A DNA stretch of 64,000 nucleotides, from positions 7,564,001 through 7,628,000 of the forward strand of contig OZ024749.1 in NCBI GenBank assembly GCA_964016885.1, given 5' to 3'. Positions 1 to 14,366 of this stretch are shown here, piece by piece (positions within the stretch are counted from its first letter, which is position 1; every line of letters begins with the position of its first letter). Origin of the DNA: Eledone cirrhosa (Eukaryota). A program made the position numbers and the translations under genes. The notes under the pieces are model-generated. The model had not been told where the DNA came from. It worked only from the letters and a program-made list of their open reading frames with translations, and searched no databases.

Positions 1-1
1 C

Positions 2-40
2 CTGATGATTTCTAAAGAATGAAACAGTTCTAGTCCTGTA
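2..40 (+). ncRNA. Hammerhead-like motif, truncated by the window edge
   Basis: CTGATGA-TTTC-TAAA-GAAT-GAAAC-AGTTCTA-GTC. The 5' strand of stem I lies outside the window. A related degenerate copy is at 4266-4305 (-). Confidence 0.5.
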
Positions 41-134
41 GAATCTCATCTATATTAAAACTTTTATACTCTGCAATGTATTGAGTACCTTACTTACTGT
101 GGTTACTTCCGATTCAACCCAGTCTAATATAATG

Positions 135-244
135 AGGAGGGACACGACAGCTAAGCTGTCACTGTTTCAATGGCTAGTTCCAAACTTGAAGAGTCTGAAA
201 CTAGGCTGTAGAAACGGTAAGAGTTTAGCTGTCGCGTCTCGACT

Positions 245-246
<2 letters not shown>
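135..246. repeat. Diverged fold-back hairpin containing the 3' half of a hammerhead
   Basis: GACACGACAGCTAAGCT..ACTGTTTC pairs with GAAACGGT..AGTTTAGCTGTCGCGTC. The right arm reads GAAAC-GGTAAGAGTTTAGCT-GTC. Confidence 0.6.
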
Positions 247-315
<69 letters not shown>

Positions 316-773
316 CATTGTTAAAAATGTATCCCTTAGGATCTCCAGATTGTCTGCCTCTGAATCCTCTGTCAACAGACACGTGGACTACAACAATGCT
401 GCTCTACTTAAGGCCGGTTATAGTGAACCAATGAAGTTTCTTCCAGACACACCATGCGGAGGAAAACCCAACCACCCCATACATCACAAGTATACATATA
501 AAATTTGCAAATTTAAATACCAACGGCTTAATGCCCCACAAAGGCGGGACAAATAATAATACTGCAACTATGAAAACACCAAGGAAGTTCCACACAAAAT
601 CATACCTATGGTATTATCCTCCGCATAACGATCTTCGTAACTACTAAGCTATCCTATCTCTTCTTCAAACTTATGGACGAATACTTTCCCCCCAACACAC
701 ACATTCCATAGAATACTAAATAGAGACACCACCGGCCTATCCTATTCCACCACATCTAACATGGGCTATTTCA

Positions 774-963
774 TAATTGTTTCTACTTTAGGCACAAGGC
801 CAGCAATTACCCAGTGCATTACTGGTACTTTATTTTATCGACCCCGTAAGGATGAAAGGCAAAGTTAACCTCGGCGGGATTTGAACTCAGTCCGTAAAGG
901 GACGTAAATATGCTGCAAAGCATGGCGTCCGACCCTCTACCGATACTGCCAATCCACCGCCCT
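774..963 (-). mobile_element. tRNA-derived SINE with 15-bp TSD
   Basis: Sense strand has an A-box-like TGGCAGTATCGG, a B box GAGTTCAAATCC, the core GTTAACTTTGCCTTTCATCCTTACGGGGTCGATAAAATAAAGTACCAG and tail AAACAATTAT. TSD GGGCTATTTCATAAT at 763-777 and 967-981. Confidence 0.9.
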
Positions 964-2046
964 TTGGGGCTATTTCATAATGCAATTGAATGACAAACAC
1001 CTCCGCAGGTACATCAATACCAACAGCCAACGGATACACGGACAAAATCTGAACCCCTAGCAACACCCGCAGCCTCCAACACTCAGCAAATACCAACGTC
1101 TCTTCCACTTCACGCGTATATCCTGAGCAACAACAAAATACCCTGTATAACACCCCTAACACTGGAACCAGGGAGGAAACCACGCACTATACACGGACAA
1201 ACTGCAACAGCAGAAATCCCAGCAATTGTCCTGTATCGGTTAAATGTTTGTACAAAAATATCATTTATCAATGTGTGGGAAAATCTAAACTGGTGATATA
1301 TAAATATGTGGGTTCCACTTTGAATATTTTCAAGAAAAGTTGGTATGCACACACCCACACATTTAAAAACCCCAAGTTTAGCTAGATCTACGACCCAGGC
1401 GAAAAAGAAAATGTCGGATCTGAAGCACGCTAATATTAAATTCACACTACAATGATCGGTGCTAAAATTCGCTCGTCCATACCGGAATGAAAGACTCTTC
1501 TGTGAATTATGCTTAGCGGAAGTACTAAATTCCCAGCACGATAGGATGTTTATTGCAAATACAAGTTTCGAAAAACCTTCGCTAAATACAAACTGGACTA
1601 GAGCAAGATTCGAACCTTATTACCTAGATTTAACTACATTCTATTTAATACAATTGCTTTGGCATTTGATTCAGTAATATTCAAAAGAATCACATTTTCT
1701 TAATTCCTTTCCTCCCTACCCACACTATCCTACTCTTAATTTCTACCCCCTCCTTTTCTGATCTTCTCTTTATACATTCTCTACCCTCTCGACCATATAT
1801 GGTAAATATCAAAATCTTCACCCATACCAATGATCAAAGAATAATTGTTCCTCATCACAGCACACAGATCGGTCATGTAAAACTCTTTACCCATATCCCC
1901 CCCCCCATCTACACACACACTCCCTCTCCTCTCTACTATCACACGAACTGATTATTTTATATTTTAAACTTATTTACATTTTCTTAAACGAAAATCTCAT
2001 TGCTGAACTCTACCGCGTAGTGAACAGTTGAATTCCGCTACTATAG

Positions 2047-2158
2047 GCTTTCTGATGAAGTGTAACAAATAATTAAGTATTGCATACGATTGAACAATAT
2101 ATATTGTAGTCAACATATGTAAACAATTTACATTAGACACGGAAACCTATGTTAAAAC
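2047..2158 (+). ncRNA. Hammerhead-like motif with a large branched stem II insertion
   Basis: TTT-CTGATGA-A-GTGT...(about 75 nt with hairpins ACAATATATATTGT and ATGTAAA/TTTACAT)...ACAC-G-GAAAC-CTAT-GTT-AAAA. Lies at the 3' end of the upstream PLE. Stem I is weak. Confidence 0.55.
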
Positions 2159-2545
2159 AAATAAATTCCTAATCTCTTCACGCCGACGTTTGATTGTTCT
2201 TGGTGCAATACTTGCTTGAGCAACATAAGATGTATTCTTCAAAAGTTGTCAACATTATATCACTAATTGCCAATAGATAGTGTTAGTTTCTGAGATATAT
2301 CTCAAATGATAGCTAATTATTTGAACCTCTCTGTATTTCTGTTTGGAGGCGTGTGAGAAATCTTTCAAACCTTGTGTTCCAAGGCCACACACTCATATAG
2401 ATGGGTATTTGTTGAAACACTCACTGTAGTTGTGTAGTAGACGTAGGGGGTGCTTCTGCCTGCTAATAAAATTACCGAATGTTTCCTTTTAAAACCGATA
2501 TCAGGGTTTAACGTGAATCAGGTTTAATCGAATCTCATCTAAACT

Positions 2546-2870
2546 GACATTATGTGCTGGTGTTTTGGCTGTTATTTCCAGCAGGTTCAGCTGTCTCTTA
2601 TTGGTCCCGTGTTTAATCTAACCTGACCGAAACTTCACATTATTTGGTAGTGTTTCAGCTGTTATTTCCAGCAGGTTCAGCTCTCTCTTATTGGTCCCGT
2701 GTTTAATCTAACCTGACCGAAACTTCACATTATTTGGTAGTATTTCAGCTGTTATTTCCAGCAGGTTCAGTTGTCTCTTATTGGTCCAGTGTTTAATCTA
2801 ACCTGACCGAAACTTCACATTATTTGGTAGTGTTTTAGCTGTTATTTCTAGCAGGTTCAGCTGTCTATTA
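2546..2870. repeat. 90-bp tandem repeat, about 3.5 copies
   Basis: ACATTATTTGGTAG...GTTATTTCCAGCAGGTTCAG...ACCTGACCGAAACTTC recurs at 2637, 2727 and 2817. Confidence 0.9.
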
Positions 2871-3840
2871 CAGGCCCTGTGATTGGATCGTCACCTTATT
2901 TCAATGTTCTCTTGTGATAATAAATTTCTGAGATAAATGAAGATAACATTCTCGATTATTTCCATTCCATTAAATCCTCTGCTAACATCATAAAAGTCAT
3001 AATTGCTGTCAGGTAGTTTTGTAATAATTTCTCATAATTTATATCTATGACTTAACCATACTACAAATAAAATTGCATATAAACAATCCGGTTTGTAAAC
3101 AATAAAAATAAGAGGAAAATAATACAAAAAATATATAATTATATATAAAAATATATATAAATATATAAAAATATATATAATTATATTAAAATATATATAT
3201 AAATACATATAATTATATAAATATATATATATAAAAATATATATAATTATATAAAAATATATATAATTATATATAAACATAGTTAATTATATATTTTGAG
3301 TATAACTCTTCCTCAAATTTAAATATAAAATATATTTTCAGGATATTGACTTGTTAATGAAGAAATATATAAAAATAAACTAAAAACTGAAACTAACAAG
3401 ATGTTTTTCTGTTTCTTGTGTGTAATTATTGTTAAATATAATAGCTTTCAATATCAACTTAATGGACTTAATTACAATCTAATGCCATGTAATCACAAAC
3501 CTCATTAAGTGGAAAACCACTTTGTGTAGTTTGTAAACATTCTGCAGAGGTTTCTAAACCCATTTTAGAATATTCTATTCAATACTGAACCATCCTTTCA
3601 AACAGTTCATTTCTCTGTTTTCTGTCACACCCACCATTTCTTTTCTGTCAGTCCCCACAACCCTTCGTCATCCACTTCTCTCCCCTGCTTTAGCAGAAAG
3701 CTAATAAGGTAAAACCGTAGTTGGCCAGAAATATCTGATTTTGAAGCAAGTGCTGAATGAATGGGCTTTAGTAGAGGTGGAAAGGCGTGAAATTAAGACG
3801 AAATTTCAGCATAAATCATAACAGCAAACATATATATTCA

Positions 3841-4175
<335 letters not shown>

Positions 4176-4193
4176 TACAACACAAACATCATG

Positions 4194-4227
<34 letters not shown>

Positions 4228-4261
4228 CATACATTTATTCATGTATTCTCTTTAGAAATGG

Positions 4262-4353
4262 TTTTTACAGGACTAGAACAGTTTCATTCCAATGGAATCA
4301 CGAGGAATGCGCTGATGAGTTCAAACGAATGAAGGAGTTGTAGTTGTGAAAAA
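4262..4353. repeat. Diverged inverted pair of decayed hammerheads
   Basis: Minus: CTCGTGA-TTCC-ATTG-GAAT-GAAAC-TGTTCTA-GTC. Plus: CTGATGA-GTTC-AAAC-GAAT-GAAG. Homologous to 2-40. Confidence 0.5.
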
Positions 4354-4522
4354 TTAATCTCTATATAAAATATATATGCTTGTTCTCTACTAACGTAGTG
4401 AGTATCTTATTTAAATGTATTTTTTTCCAGACCCTCTTCGGATTTTCACAATTATATATATATATATATATATGTTAGTGAAAAAGAACAAAGGAACTAT
4501 TATGACATTATAACAAGTTTAT

Positions 4523-4569
4523 TGCCGACAGCCGTTTCGGCCGACCCCATGGTGGGACTTATCAAGGCA
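4523..4569 (-). ncRNA. Type-I hammerhead, U3-A8 core variant
   Basis: Reverse complement TGCC-TTGATAA-GTCCCACCATGGGGTCGGCC-GAAAC-GGCT-GTC-GGCA, immediately followed by AATAAA. Confidence 0.65.
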
Positions 4570-4999
4570 TATAACATGTGATTGCAAGATCATTGTTTAC
4601 ATCAACGTATCACTCAAGGCTAGCAGTTTGAAATTGTTGTATACATCAGCAACTCCGCTTTAAGGGGGGCTCTTTTATATTAGTTGTCGGGGTCAGGGAT
4701 TGAAGTTTAAAAATTAGACAAAAATATATAATTTACGCATCAACATTAAACCAAAAGACTGGGGTCCCGTAGAAGCACCTCAGAAAATCCCTCAATGAGT
4801 GCATAAAGCTTACAGGCTCCAATAAACCTATTAGTCTAGAAGAAAATTAAGAGGCTAATAAAATAAGAAAATAAAAATATGAAGTTTCCCTAAAAAATAT
4901 ATAAAGTTCCTATGAAATTTCTTCTAGAGAAAAAATTTTTTTCCGAAAGAAAAAAACCTTCTTCAAACGCGATTCACATACGACCTACCATACATCTTA

Positions 5000-5039
<40 letters not shown>

Positions 5040-5244
5040 TAAGTATGTACATGTACATACATATATGTATACAGACGTACAGAAGTATGTATATATATAT
5101 ACATACATGCACACATATATATATGTACGTATGGATTCACCGAACATTTATTATAATGCTCGGTGTGTTTGTAAACAAACATCCCGTATTAAGCCGTAGT
5201 GTCCACCAACCATCGTTGCTCGTTCGTTCAACACTGACAAAGGA

Positions 5245-5287
5245 ACGCTGTACTAGTTTCAAGCTTATTAGCTATCGTCAGCAACGT
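5245..5287 (-). ncRNA. Type-I hammerhead ribozyme (intact core)
   Basis: Reverse complement ACGTTG-CTGACGA-TAGCT-AATA-AGCTT-GAAAC-TA-GTA-CAGCGT. Stem I is 6 bp; stem III is the palindrome ACTAGT. Confidence 0.85.
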
Positions 5288-5453
5288 ATACCTTCCTGCC
5301 AGATTGTTGAACATATATACTTACCTTATGCATATTAACGGCTGAGTAGCCCAATTTGCATATCGAGTATATAGATGTATGTGCGTGTACATACTTATAT
5401 TTAAGTAACAGCCGTACTAAGAGTGGGAAATGAAATTTCGTTTCATTTTTTCC

Positions 5454-5511
<58 letters not shown>

Positions 5512-6014
5512 ATCCATCCAGTGAGTGTAACATGAAGTTACTGTAGGTTCACCCAGGTGAGCACTCGATGTTTAGGTTCAGGTCAGTGGCGAGGTGTAGA
5601 GCTAGACAGTGTAATCAATACTATAATAAAGTAAGGAGTGCGGGACTGCGTACGGTTTATTTCTTTTAATCCAGTTAGTAAAATAAGTTGGATTACTTTG
5701 AATAAATAAGTTTCGACAGCTAGATCCGAGTTCGGATCTAGCTGTCGGTACTGCTGCTGCTCAGCCGTAGGGATACTGTCTCTTTTCCTATACATATTTC
5801 TATTATTTATTGCTGTTGTGTTATAAGCATGGACCCTACAATAGTCGTTTTTCTTGGGGTAACACTTTTTAACTGTTGTGTTCTACTCTGGACGATGATA
5901 TTTAGCTTATCAATCCATTGAATGCTTTGTGATAGCCTCAAACAATTCGATTATTACCTGCTATATGGCAGCTACAAATTCGATTACTATCCAATATTAT
6001 ATATATATATATAT

Positions 6015-6207
6015 AACGAAGGAGTTGTGGTAAGGAACCAGATGGACCATAACGCACCAGAGTACTCAATACTTAGTGTAGTAGAGTTGGTAATAGGAAA
6101 AAGTATGACCCCCTACGGCAGAGCTCAAGCCGTTTCGACGGCTATTTCTGGACTGAAATAGCCGTCGAAACGGCTTGAGCTCTGCCGTAGGGGTCATACT
6201 TTTTTCC

Positions 6208-6209
<2 letters not shown>
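6015..6209 (-). mobile_element. PLE-type 3' end fragment with half-hammerhead fold-back hairpin (6094-6209)
   Basis: Near-perfect inverted repeat centred on GACGGCTATTTC-TGGACT-GAAATAGCCGTC. Each strand continues GAAAC-GGCTTGAGCTCTGCC-GTA-GGGG. Homologous to 43757-43932 and 52335-52530. Confidence 0.8.
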
Positions 6210-6254
<45 letters not shown>

Positions 6255-6262
<8 letters not shown>

Positions 6263-7267
6263 CAGAGGATATCTGTCTGTCTGTGTAAATCCCTAAAACT
6301 CGAAGTACCCGACCAATCTTTTTCAAACTTTACACATGCGCTACTTATATTTTTTGAAGTGCAAGGGGCTATTTAACTTTTTCTGCCATAGGGCCCGCTT
6401 TAGGTGAACAACCGCATCTTAAAGGCATTTTTAGTCTTTTTTGAGGCGTAACCTAAAGATAATCCACCCGATTTCCTCGAAATTTGCAGCACACATTAGT
6501 TAGTCTCCTCGCATTGCTGTGGACAAACAAAATGTCCGATGCCATTAATGGTTTCTAGGAAATTGACGAATTAGCATTGGGCGTGACATGCCATTTTCAT
6601 TTTCAATATAAACGGTACTTAAACATCGTAAGTAGCGTATAATATTTCGTTAAAAGATTGCTTTATTTAACAGAGGACACAACACTTACTTTTAAGCAGG
6701 ACCATTTTCGGGGGATTGAGGAAATGAGGAGGACCTTAACATTTTTTGTCGGCGCTCTGTTGATGCTTCGTGCTTTCATCACGCGCAAATCCGGGCCCTG
6801 TGTACGCTGCTGCCGTGTTATTGACACCGTAAAACAGACGTCTGTGCTACTTCTACTAAGAACCCTTTTGTTGCACCTACACTGCAATATGAACGTTCTG
6901 TGCAAGTACACCGAACAACGGTTGTGCTAATTCCGCGGTGACCCCTTTTGTCTCACCTTTGTTGCTGTGTAAACGCAGTGCAACCAGTGCTGCCCAGTAT
7001 TTGTGCTAATTGCACTGTGACCCCCTTCTGCTGCAGGTGCGTTGCTACGCTGATGTCATCATCTCAATATCCCTACTTTAACGTCAGCCCACTGACAGTG
7101 CTACTGCTGGATTCGGCCTGCTGGTGTCCTACGCTTCCAGTAGATGAACAATCATTCCCCGAGAATAAGGGAATTCAAAAATTACACAGCTACATTCCTC
7201 AATCTTTGCATATACGTGTTGCTATTTCACGTTCCCTACCCCGTGCAACGCCGGGTCCTGTTGCTAG
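6255..7267 (+). mobile_element. Non-autonomous Helitron-like element
   Basis: 5' region has (CTGT)n after a TA run. 3' end has the GC hairpin CCCGTGCAACGCCGGG (7240-7255) then CTAG|T, the canonical Helitron 3' signature. The 5' boundary is uncertain. Confidence 0.65.
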
Positions 7268-7366
7268 TATATATACATATGAATGTATGAATGAATGTAT
7301 ATATATATATATATATATTAAGAGAGTAAAACAAAAAATGCTTTAATACATCAAAAGTTTTTATTA

Positions 7367-7404
7367 GCCGACAATGTTTCGTCCTATTAAGGACTCATCA
7401 GGGC
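7367..7404 (-). ncRNA. Type-I hammerhead ribozyme (canonical)
   Basis: Reverse complement GCC-CTGATGA-GTCCT-TAAT-AGGAC-GAAAC-ATT-GTC-GGC, followed by TAATAAAA. Confidence 0.9.
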
Positions 7405-8732
7405 AATCAAAACAACAAGAGGTAATATCGGCAGATACAAGCCGGAAACTCTGAAGAATATGGAGTGTACATACACTAATGTCTTACAAAAATATATGAT
7501 AATAAAAATGAAAATAAAAATAATAAAAATATATAATAAGAATAACAAAGGATGTAGATAACATTAAGAACCATATTACAAATATAGTCCAAAGCAACTA
7601 ACCTAAATCTAAACAAATTTGGTTATATAGAGCAGGAATTATATATAATACAATATAATACATTATAATAATAATAATATACTTTTACCAACATTAAAAT
7701 TACAAATTAAAAATCAAAAGGTACAATATATACATGTATATATGTGCGCGCACACACACACACACACACACATATATAACAACACACACATCTATGTTCC
7801 ACTACACAAAATTAAGCCCTATTAGAAGTTTGAATATAAAAATAAGCATGATAAGAGTGAAAATAATACTAATACATCTACCCAATATACATGAGGCAAT
7901 AATATGATATAATTACAAGAAACACATATAACAAATAATAAACAACAAAATTATATAATTCAATATAATATAATAAAATAAAATAGATAATCCCCGGTTA
8001 ATTTACAGAAACAATATAGATGTCACAATAAAATACAATGATAATACGTTAACAGTGTACTAACATTTACCATAAACAATATATACAAATCGATTCATAC
8101 TGGGTTACAGAATAAATGAGGAAAAATAAATTATATAATACTCAAAAAAACACTATAATGGTACAGGGAAATATTATGATGTTACAGAAAAAAATATACA
8201 GACATCTTACATGATATGTAAAGTCTAAATATCATAATGTTACATATAATGAACAGTAAGTAATAAGGATCAATATTACAATATTACAAAAATCCAGACA
8301 TCTTACATGATATATAAAGTTTAAATATCATAATGTTACAAATAATGAACAGTAAGTAATAAGGATCAATATTACAATACAATATAATATAATATGTGCG
8401 CATGGGTGGGAGAGGGGGAGGGGGGAGGGGTTGTCGAAAAATAAATCAGAATAAACTTAGAAATAAAAATAGAATTAAAAATAAAATTAAAATTAAAATT
8501 AATAATAATAAAAAAATAAAGATAATAATAGAATAACGTAAGTGGCGTAAAGTGTGTAATCTTATGTATATTAACAAGGTGTAATAGTGAAAACATAGAT
8601 ATGGTACAGTAGCCATATGATTATGAGAGCTAGAATGAAGAGTCATCAAAAACCAATGGTGAAAATGATGATAACATTAATGTTGGCAAACAAAACAACC
8701 CAAACAAAAAACTAAGTAATGGAATATATCTG

Positions 8733-9396
8733 CTAATGGGTACAATTTGTACTACTAGAACATTTGGGTTTATAATAAAAATAAGAATTAGAAATGGCGT
8801 GGGGGCAAGAAGAGAATATCTCAGACTTTCTATTCAGTAAGGGTACGCTAGAGAAAATAATAGAGTGTGTCTCAAGTATACAGAGATTACAAAACTTACT
8901 ATATGCAGAAAGGTGGTTAGATCGTGCTACTAAACTCCAGTTAAGGCTATATGGTATATAAGCTCCCTTAAGATCCCAGATATAATGCGCTAAAGAGGTA
9001 GAATTCTTAAACCTAACATGTTTGAAGTTAGAGATATGAGAGTTAAACCTAGTCTTAAAAGTGTTTGAAGTAGATCCTATATACGTTCTATTAGAGGAAT
9101 TAGTTATAACCTCGCAAGCGTAGACAATGTTCTTAGAAAGGCAGTTACCGTTTAGAGGGCAGTTAGCACTCACTCTACAATTGCACTTCCGGGTGTTATT
9201 GGTTGGCTCGAGTGGTGATGTATTACACGTAGGACCTCTATTAGATAAGGACTGTTCTGGTGGTAAAGCATTGTCAGATCCGTTCAGACTAGTAGTATGT
9301 AGAGAGGAGAATCCATCCCTAATTTTCCTATTATTAGTGCTAGCTAAATGAGAACTAATATTAGGGGTGGTAGAGAATGAGAGTTTAATAACATTT

Positions 9397-9397
<1 letters not shown>
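8733..9397 (-). CDS. PLE GIY-YIG endonuclease domain (N-terminally truncated)
   Basis: IKLSFSTT...KCNCRVSANCPLNGNCLSKNIVY...TYIGSTSNTFKTRFNSH...CNLCILE...LNRKSEIFSSCPH. Confidence 0.85.
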
Positions 9398-11590
<2,193 letters not shown>

Positions 11591-11688
11591 TACCTGGAGT
11601 TGCGACCGCTAGATAGTATTAGCAACTGGAAAGACCAACGGAAACATTGCTTCCTCGGTCCGATTTGACGAAAGTCGATCGATCGTTC

Positions 11689-11731
<43 letters not shown>

Positions 11732-11883
11732 ACTTGATCACAAGAACATTATATCACGCGCTTTGTTATTTATCGATCTGGAAAGGATGAAAGGTAAAGT
11801 TGACCTCTGTGACACCAGAAGACCGGAAGGAATATCATAGAATATTCTATCTGACGTTCTAATGACTCTGATAATACACTGCG

Positions 11884-12260
11884 ATGATGGTGATGATGGT
11901 GATGGGAGTTGTAATGGTGATGATGATGATGATGATGGGAGTTGTAATGGTGATGGTGATGGGAGTTGTAATGGTGATGATGGGAGTTGTAATGATGATG
12001 ATGGGAGTTATAATGGTGATGATGATGATGATGGGAGTTGTAATGGTGATGATGATGTATGGCAGTAGTGATGGTGATGATAACGGTAGTGTGATGGTGA
12101 TGATGATGATGGTGATAGTATTAGTGATGGTGATGATGATGGTGGTGCTGGGAGTAATGATGATGATGATGGTGATGGTAGTAGTGATGGTGATGATGAT
12201 GGTGGTGCTGGTAGTAGTGATGATGATGATGGTGGTAGTTGTAATGGTGAATGCTGATCA
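11884..12260. repeat. (GAT/GGT)n compound trinucleotide repeat
   Basis: Seen directly, with recurring GATGGGAGTTGTAATGGT units. Confidence 0.9.
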
Positions 12261-12359
12261 TGTCAGGTTAATGATATTTAGCGCTAATTTCATGTCTAGC
12301 GTTGATTTCTCTATTGATTTTTTTTTTAATATAGATTGTCTGACTACATAATAAAACAC

Positions 12360-12935
12360 ATCCAACAGCACCTCCGCCACCAGCACAAACACCACCACCA
12401 CCACCACCGCCACCAGAACCACCTCCACTACAACCACCACCACCACCACTACAGCCACCACTACCACTACAGCCACCACAACTGCAGCACCGCCATCACC
12501 ACCACCACCACCACTACAGCCACAACCACCACCACTACAACCACCACCACCACTTCAGCCACCACCACTACAACCACCACTTCAGCCACCACCACTATCA
12601 GCACCACCAGCACCACTACTAGTACAGCCACCACAACCACCACCACTACAACCACCACCACCACTACAACCACCACCACCACTACAACCACCACCACCAC
12701 TACAGCCACCACCACCATCAGCACCACCACTACTACAGCCACCACTACAGCCAGCACCACCAGCAACACCACCACTGCAGCCACCACCACCACAGCCACA
12801 ATCACCACCACTACAGCCACCACCACCACCAGCATCATCACAACCACCACCTTCAGCATCACCACCACTATAGCCAGCAATACAGGATCACTATGACAAC
12901 AGCTACCACCACCACCACCTCCACCACTACAATAG
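12360..12935. repeat. (CAC/CAA/CTA)n compound trinucleotide repeat
   Basis: Seen directly. It produces the spurious poly-Thr/His ORF. Confidence 0.9.
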
Positions 12936-13079
12936 TAATAATAATAATTCAGGTAAAATAATGACTTTAATCTAAATACTACTACTACTACAACCTACTA
13001 CTACTACCACCATCATCACGGCCATTAGTAGTAGTTGTAGTAGCATCATTAGACCTAGTAACAATGACAACAACAATAA

Positions 13080-14145
13080 TAATGATTTCATTCATTGGCC
13101 ACCAGGGCCCACACATAGGGGACAATACAAAAGACTGGGACAGTGGGGTTTTACAGAAAAATCGAGTAAACAATATGAATAACAATAACAAAGTAACAAG
13201 AAAAATTCCTCAATAGGGGGGATGACCAACCAGGGTTCGCTCAGGTACCCCACCAATCCTGAACGACCCGACGCTCGAGAGCACCCTGGAAGGGCACCCC
13301 TCTCCTCCTCAAATTTACCCACCTACAGGCGCATGACCAGAGTAGGCCCACTAACACGGGCCATTCTCGCCACATTCACCCACCTTTCAGCAAATGTACT
13401 GGGGGACAGCATTTTCTCTCCACCCTCACCTTCCTTTCCAACTGAAACTTGAAAAAGTTGATGAGGGATTGGCCGAAGAGAAAAGAGTATGTCTTCAGTC
13501 CTTTAAACCTCGTCCACCATACAACCTCTTTCGCTACTGCCACCAGACAGAGGAACATTTCCTGCCCTTCCTGGCCAAAAGAAGGCGGCGGGTCGATCTT
13601 CACTATGGACTCGGCCGATAGCCGGATCCGTTCTACACGCGACAACATCTGTTCGACATAACTCCACAAGTCAGTAATGCACGGTCATTGGACAAGTGCG
13701 TGCAGAACGGTTTCGTCGCTCTGCGCGCATCTCGGGCAGCTCCGTCTGACAGCACTTCCGTGCCTGTAGAGTTTATCTCGAACCGGCAATGCCCCCCAGT
13801 AGCCCTGCCAAGCGAGGGATTTTTAGAAATTATCCATCGTCCCCGGCTCGAAAGTCCTCCGGAACAGACTGTTTAGTTCGACTTCGTCGACGCCCAGTAC
13901 CTCTCCGAGTGTGTCGCCGCACTTGCCCACCACTAATCCTCTATAGAACTCGAGAGTGGAAGTTCCACTGACCGCATTGCCCGCCTGGTAGAGGGCAGTG
14001 AGTGCCTGGCAACATTCCAGATGCCAGTCACTGCAGCTCAGTCAAAGAGACGAGCTGCCGAAAGGCCCGTCTGACAAACGGCGCCCACACATGTACACCG
14101 TTCAGGCAGAATATCTGGACATACCGCAACCTCAGCGCGAAAAAC
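13080..14145 (-). mobile_element. L1/Tx1-clade LINE 3' fragment (C-terminal zinc knuckle, pseudogenised)
   Basis: Minus-strand translation CPRCAQSDETVLHALVQ*PCITDLWSYVEQ...AKEVVWWTR. GC-rich relative to its flanks. Confidence 0.75.
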
Positions 14146-14204
14146 AATATTAATAACAATTAGCTATTCTACTACTACATCTACTGCTAACAACAACAAC
14201 AGCA

Positions 14205-14366
14205 AGTGTATTACTGGTACTTTATTTTATCGACCCCGTAAGGATGAAAGGCAAAGTTAACCTCGGCGGGTTAACTTTGCCTTTCATCCTTACGGGGTCG
14301 ATAAAATAAAGTACCAGTAATACACTGGAGTAAATTGCTGGCCTTGTGCCAAAAGTAGAAACAATT
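14205..14366 (+). mobile_element. 5'-inverted SINE forming a perfect hairpin (14205-14326)
   Basis: About 58-bp arms AGTGTATTACTGG...GTTAACC / GGTTAAC...CCAGTAATACACT around the loop TCGGCG. Confidence 0.9.

Larger units (their letters stand above)
315..2250 (+). mobile_element. Degenerate 5'-truncated Penelope-like element (RT thumb + GIY-YIG + 3' UTR with HHR)
   Basis: Frameshifted pieces NAALLKAGYSEPMKF, WYYPP, NCNSRNPSNCPVSVKCLYKN, YVGST and FCELCLAE match the 624-aa ORF at 29159-31033. Interrupted by a SINE. Confidence 0.8.

Noticed and set aside
6663-6911. VCFTVSITRQQRTQG resembling a Helitron helicase motif
   Set aside because: Weak similarity, opposite strand to the element's 3' signature, and no other helicase motifs.
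11862-12896. Asp/Gly-rich and His/Thr-rich (mucin-like) ORFs
   Set aside because: Compound trinucleotide repeats that are open in several frames, with no supporting exon structure.
13670-13740. TGA at a Cys position in the L1/Tx1 knuckle, suggesting selenocysteine (also TGA at 54174)
   Set aside because: Both elements are frameshifted relics, and the 54174 codon is Trp in the paralogue. PLE Cys motifs in this window use normal Cys codons, and I identified no SECIS.
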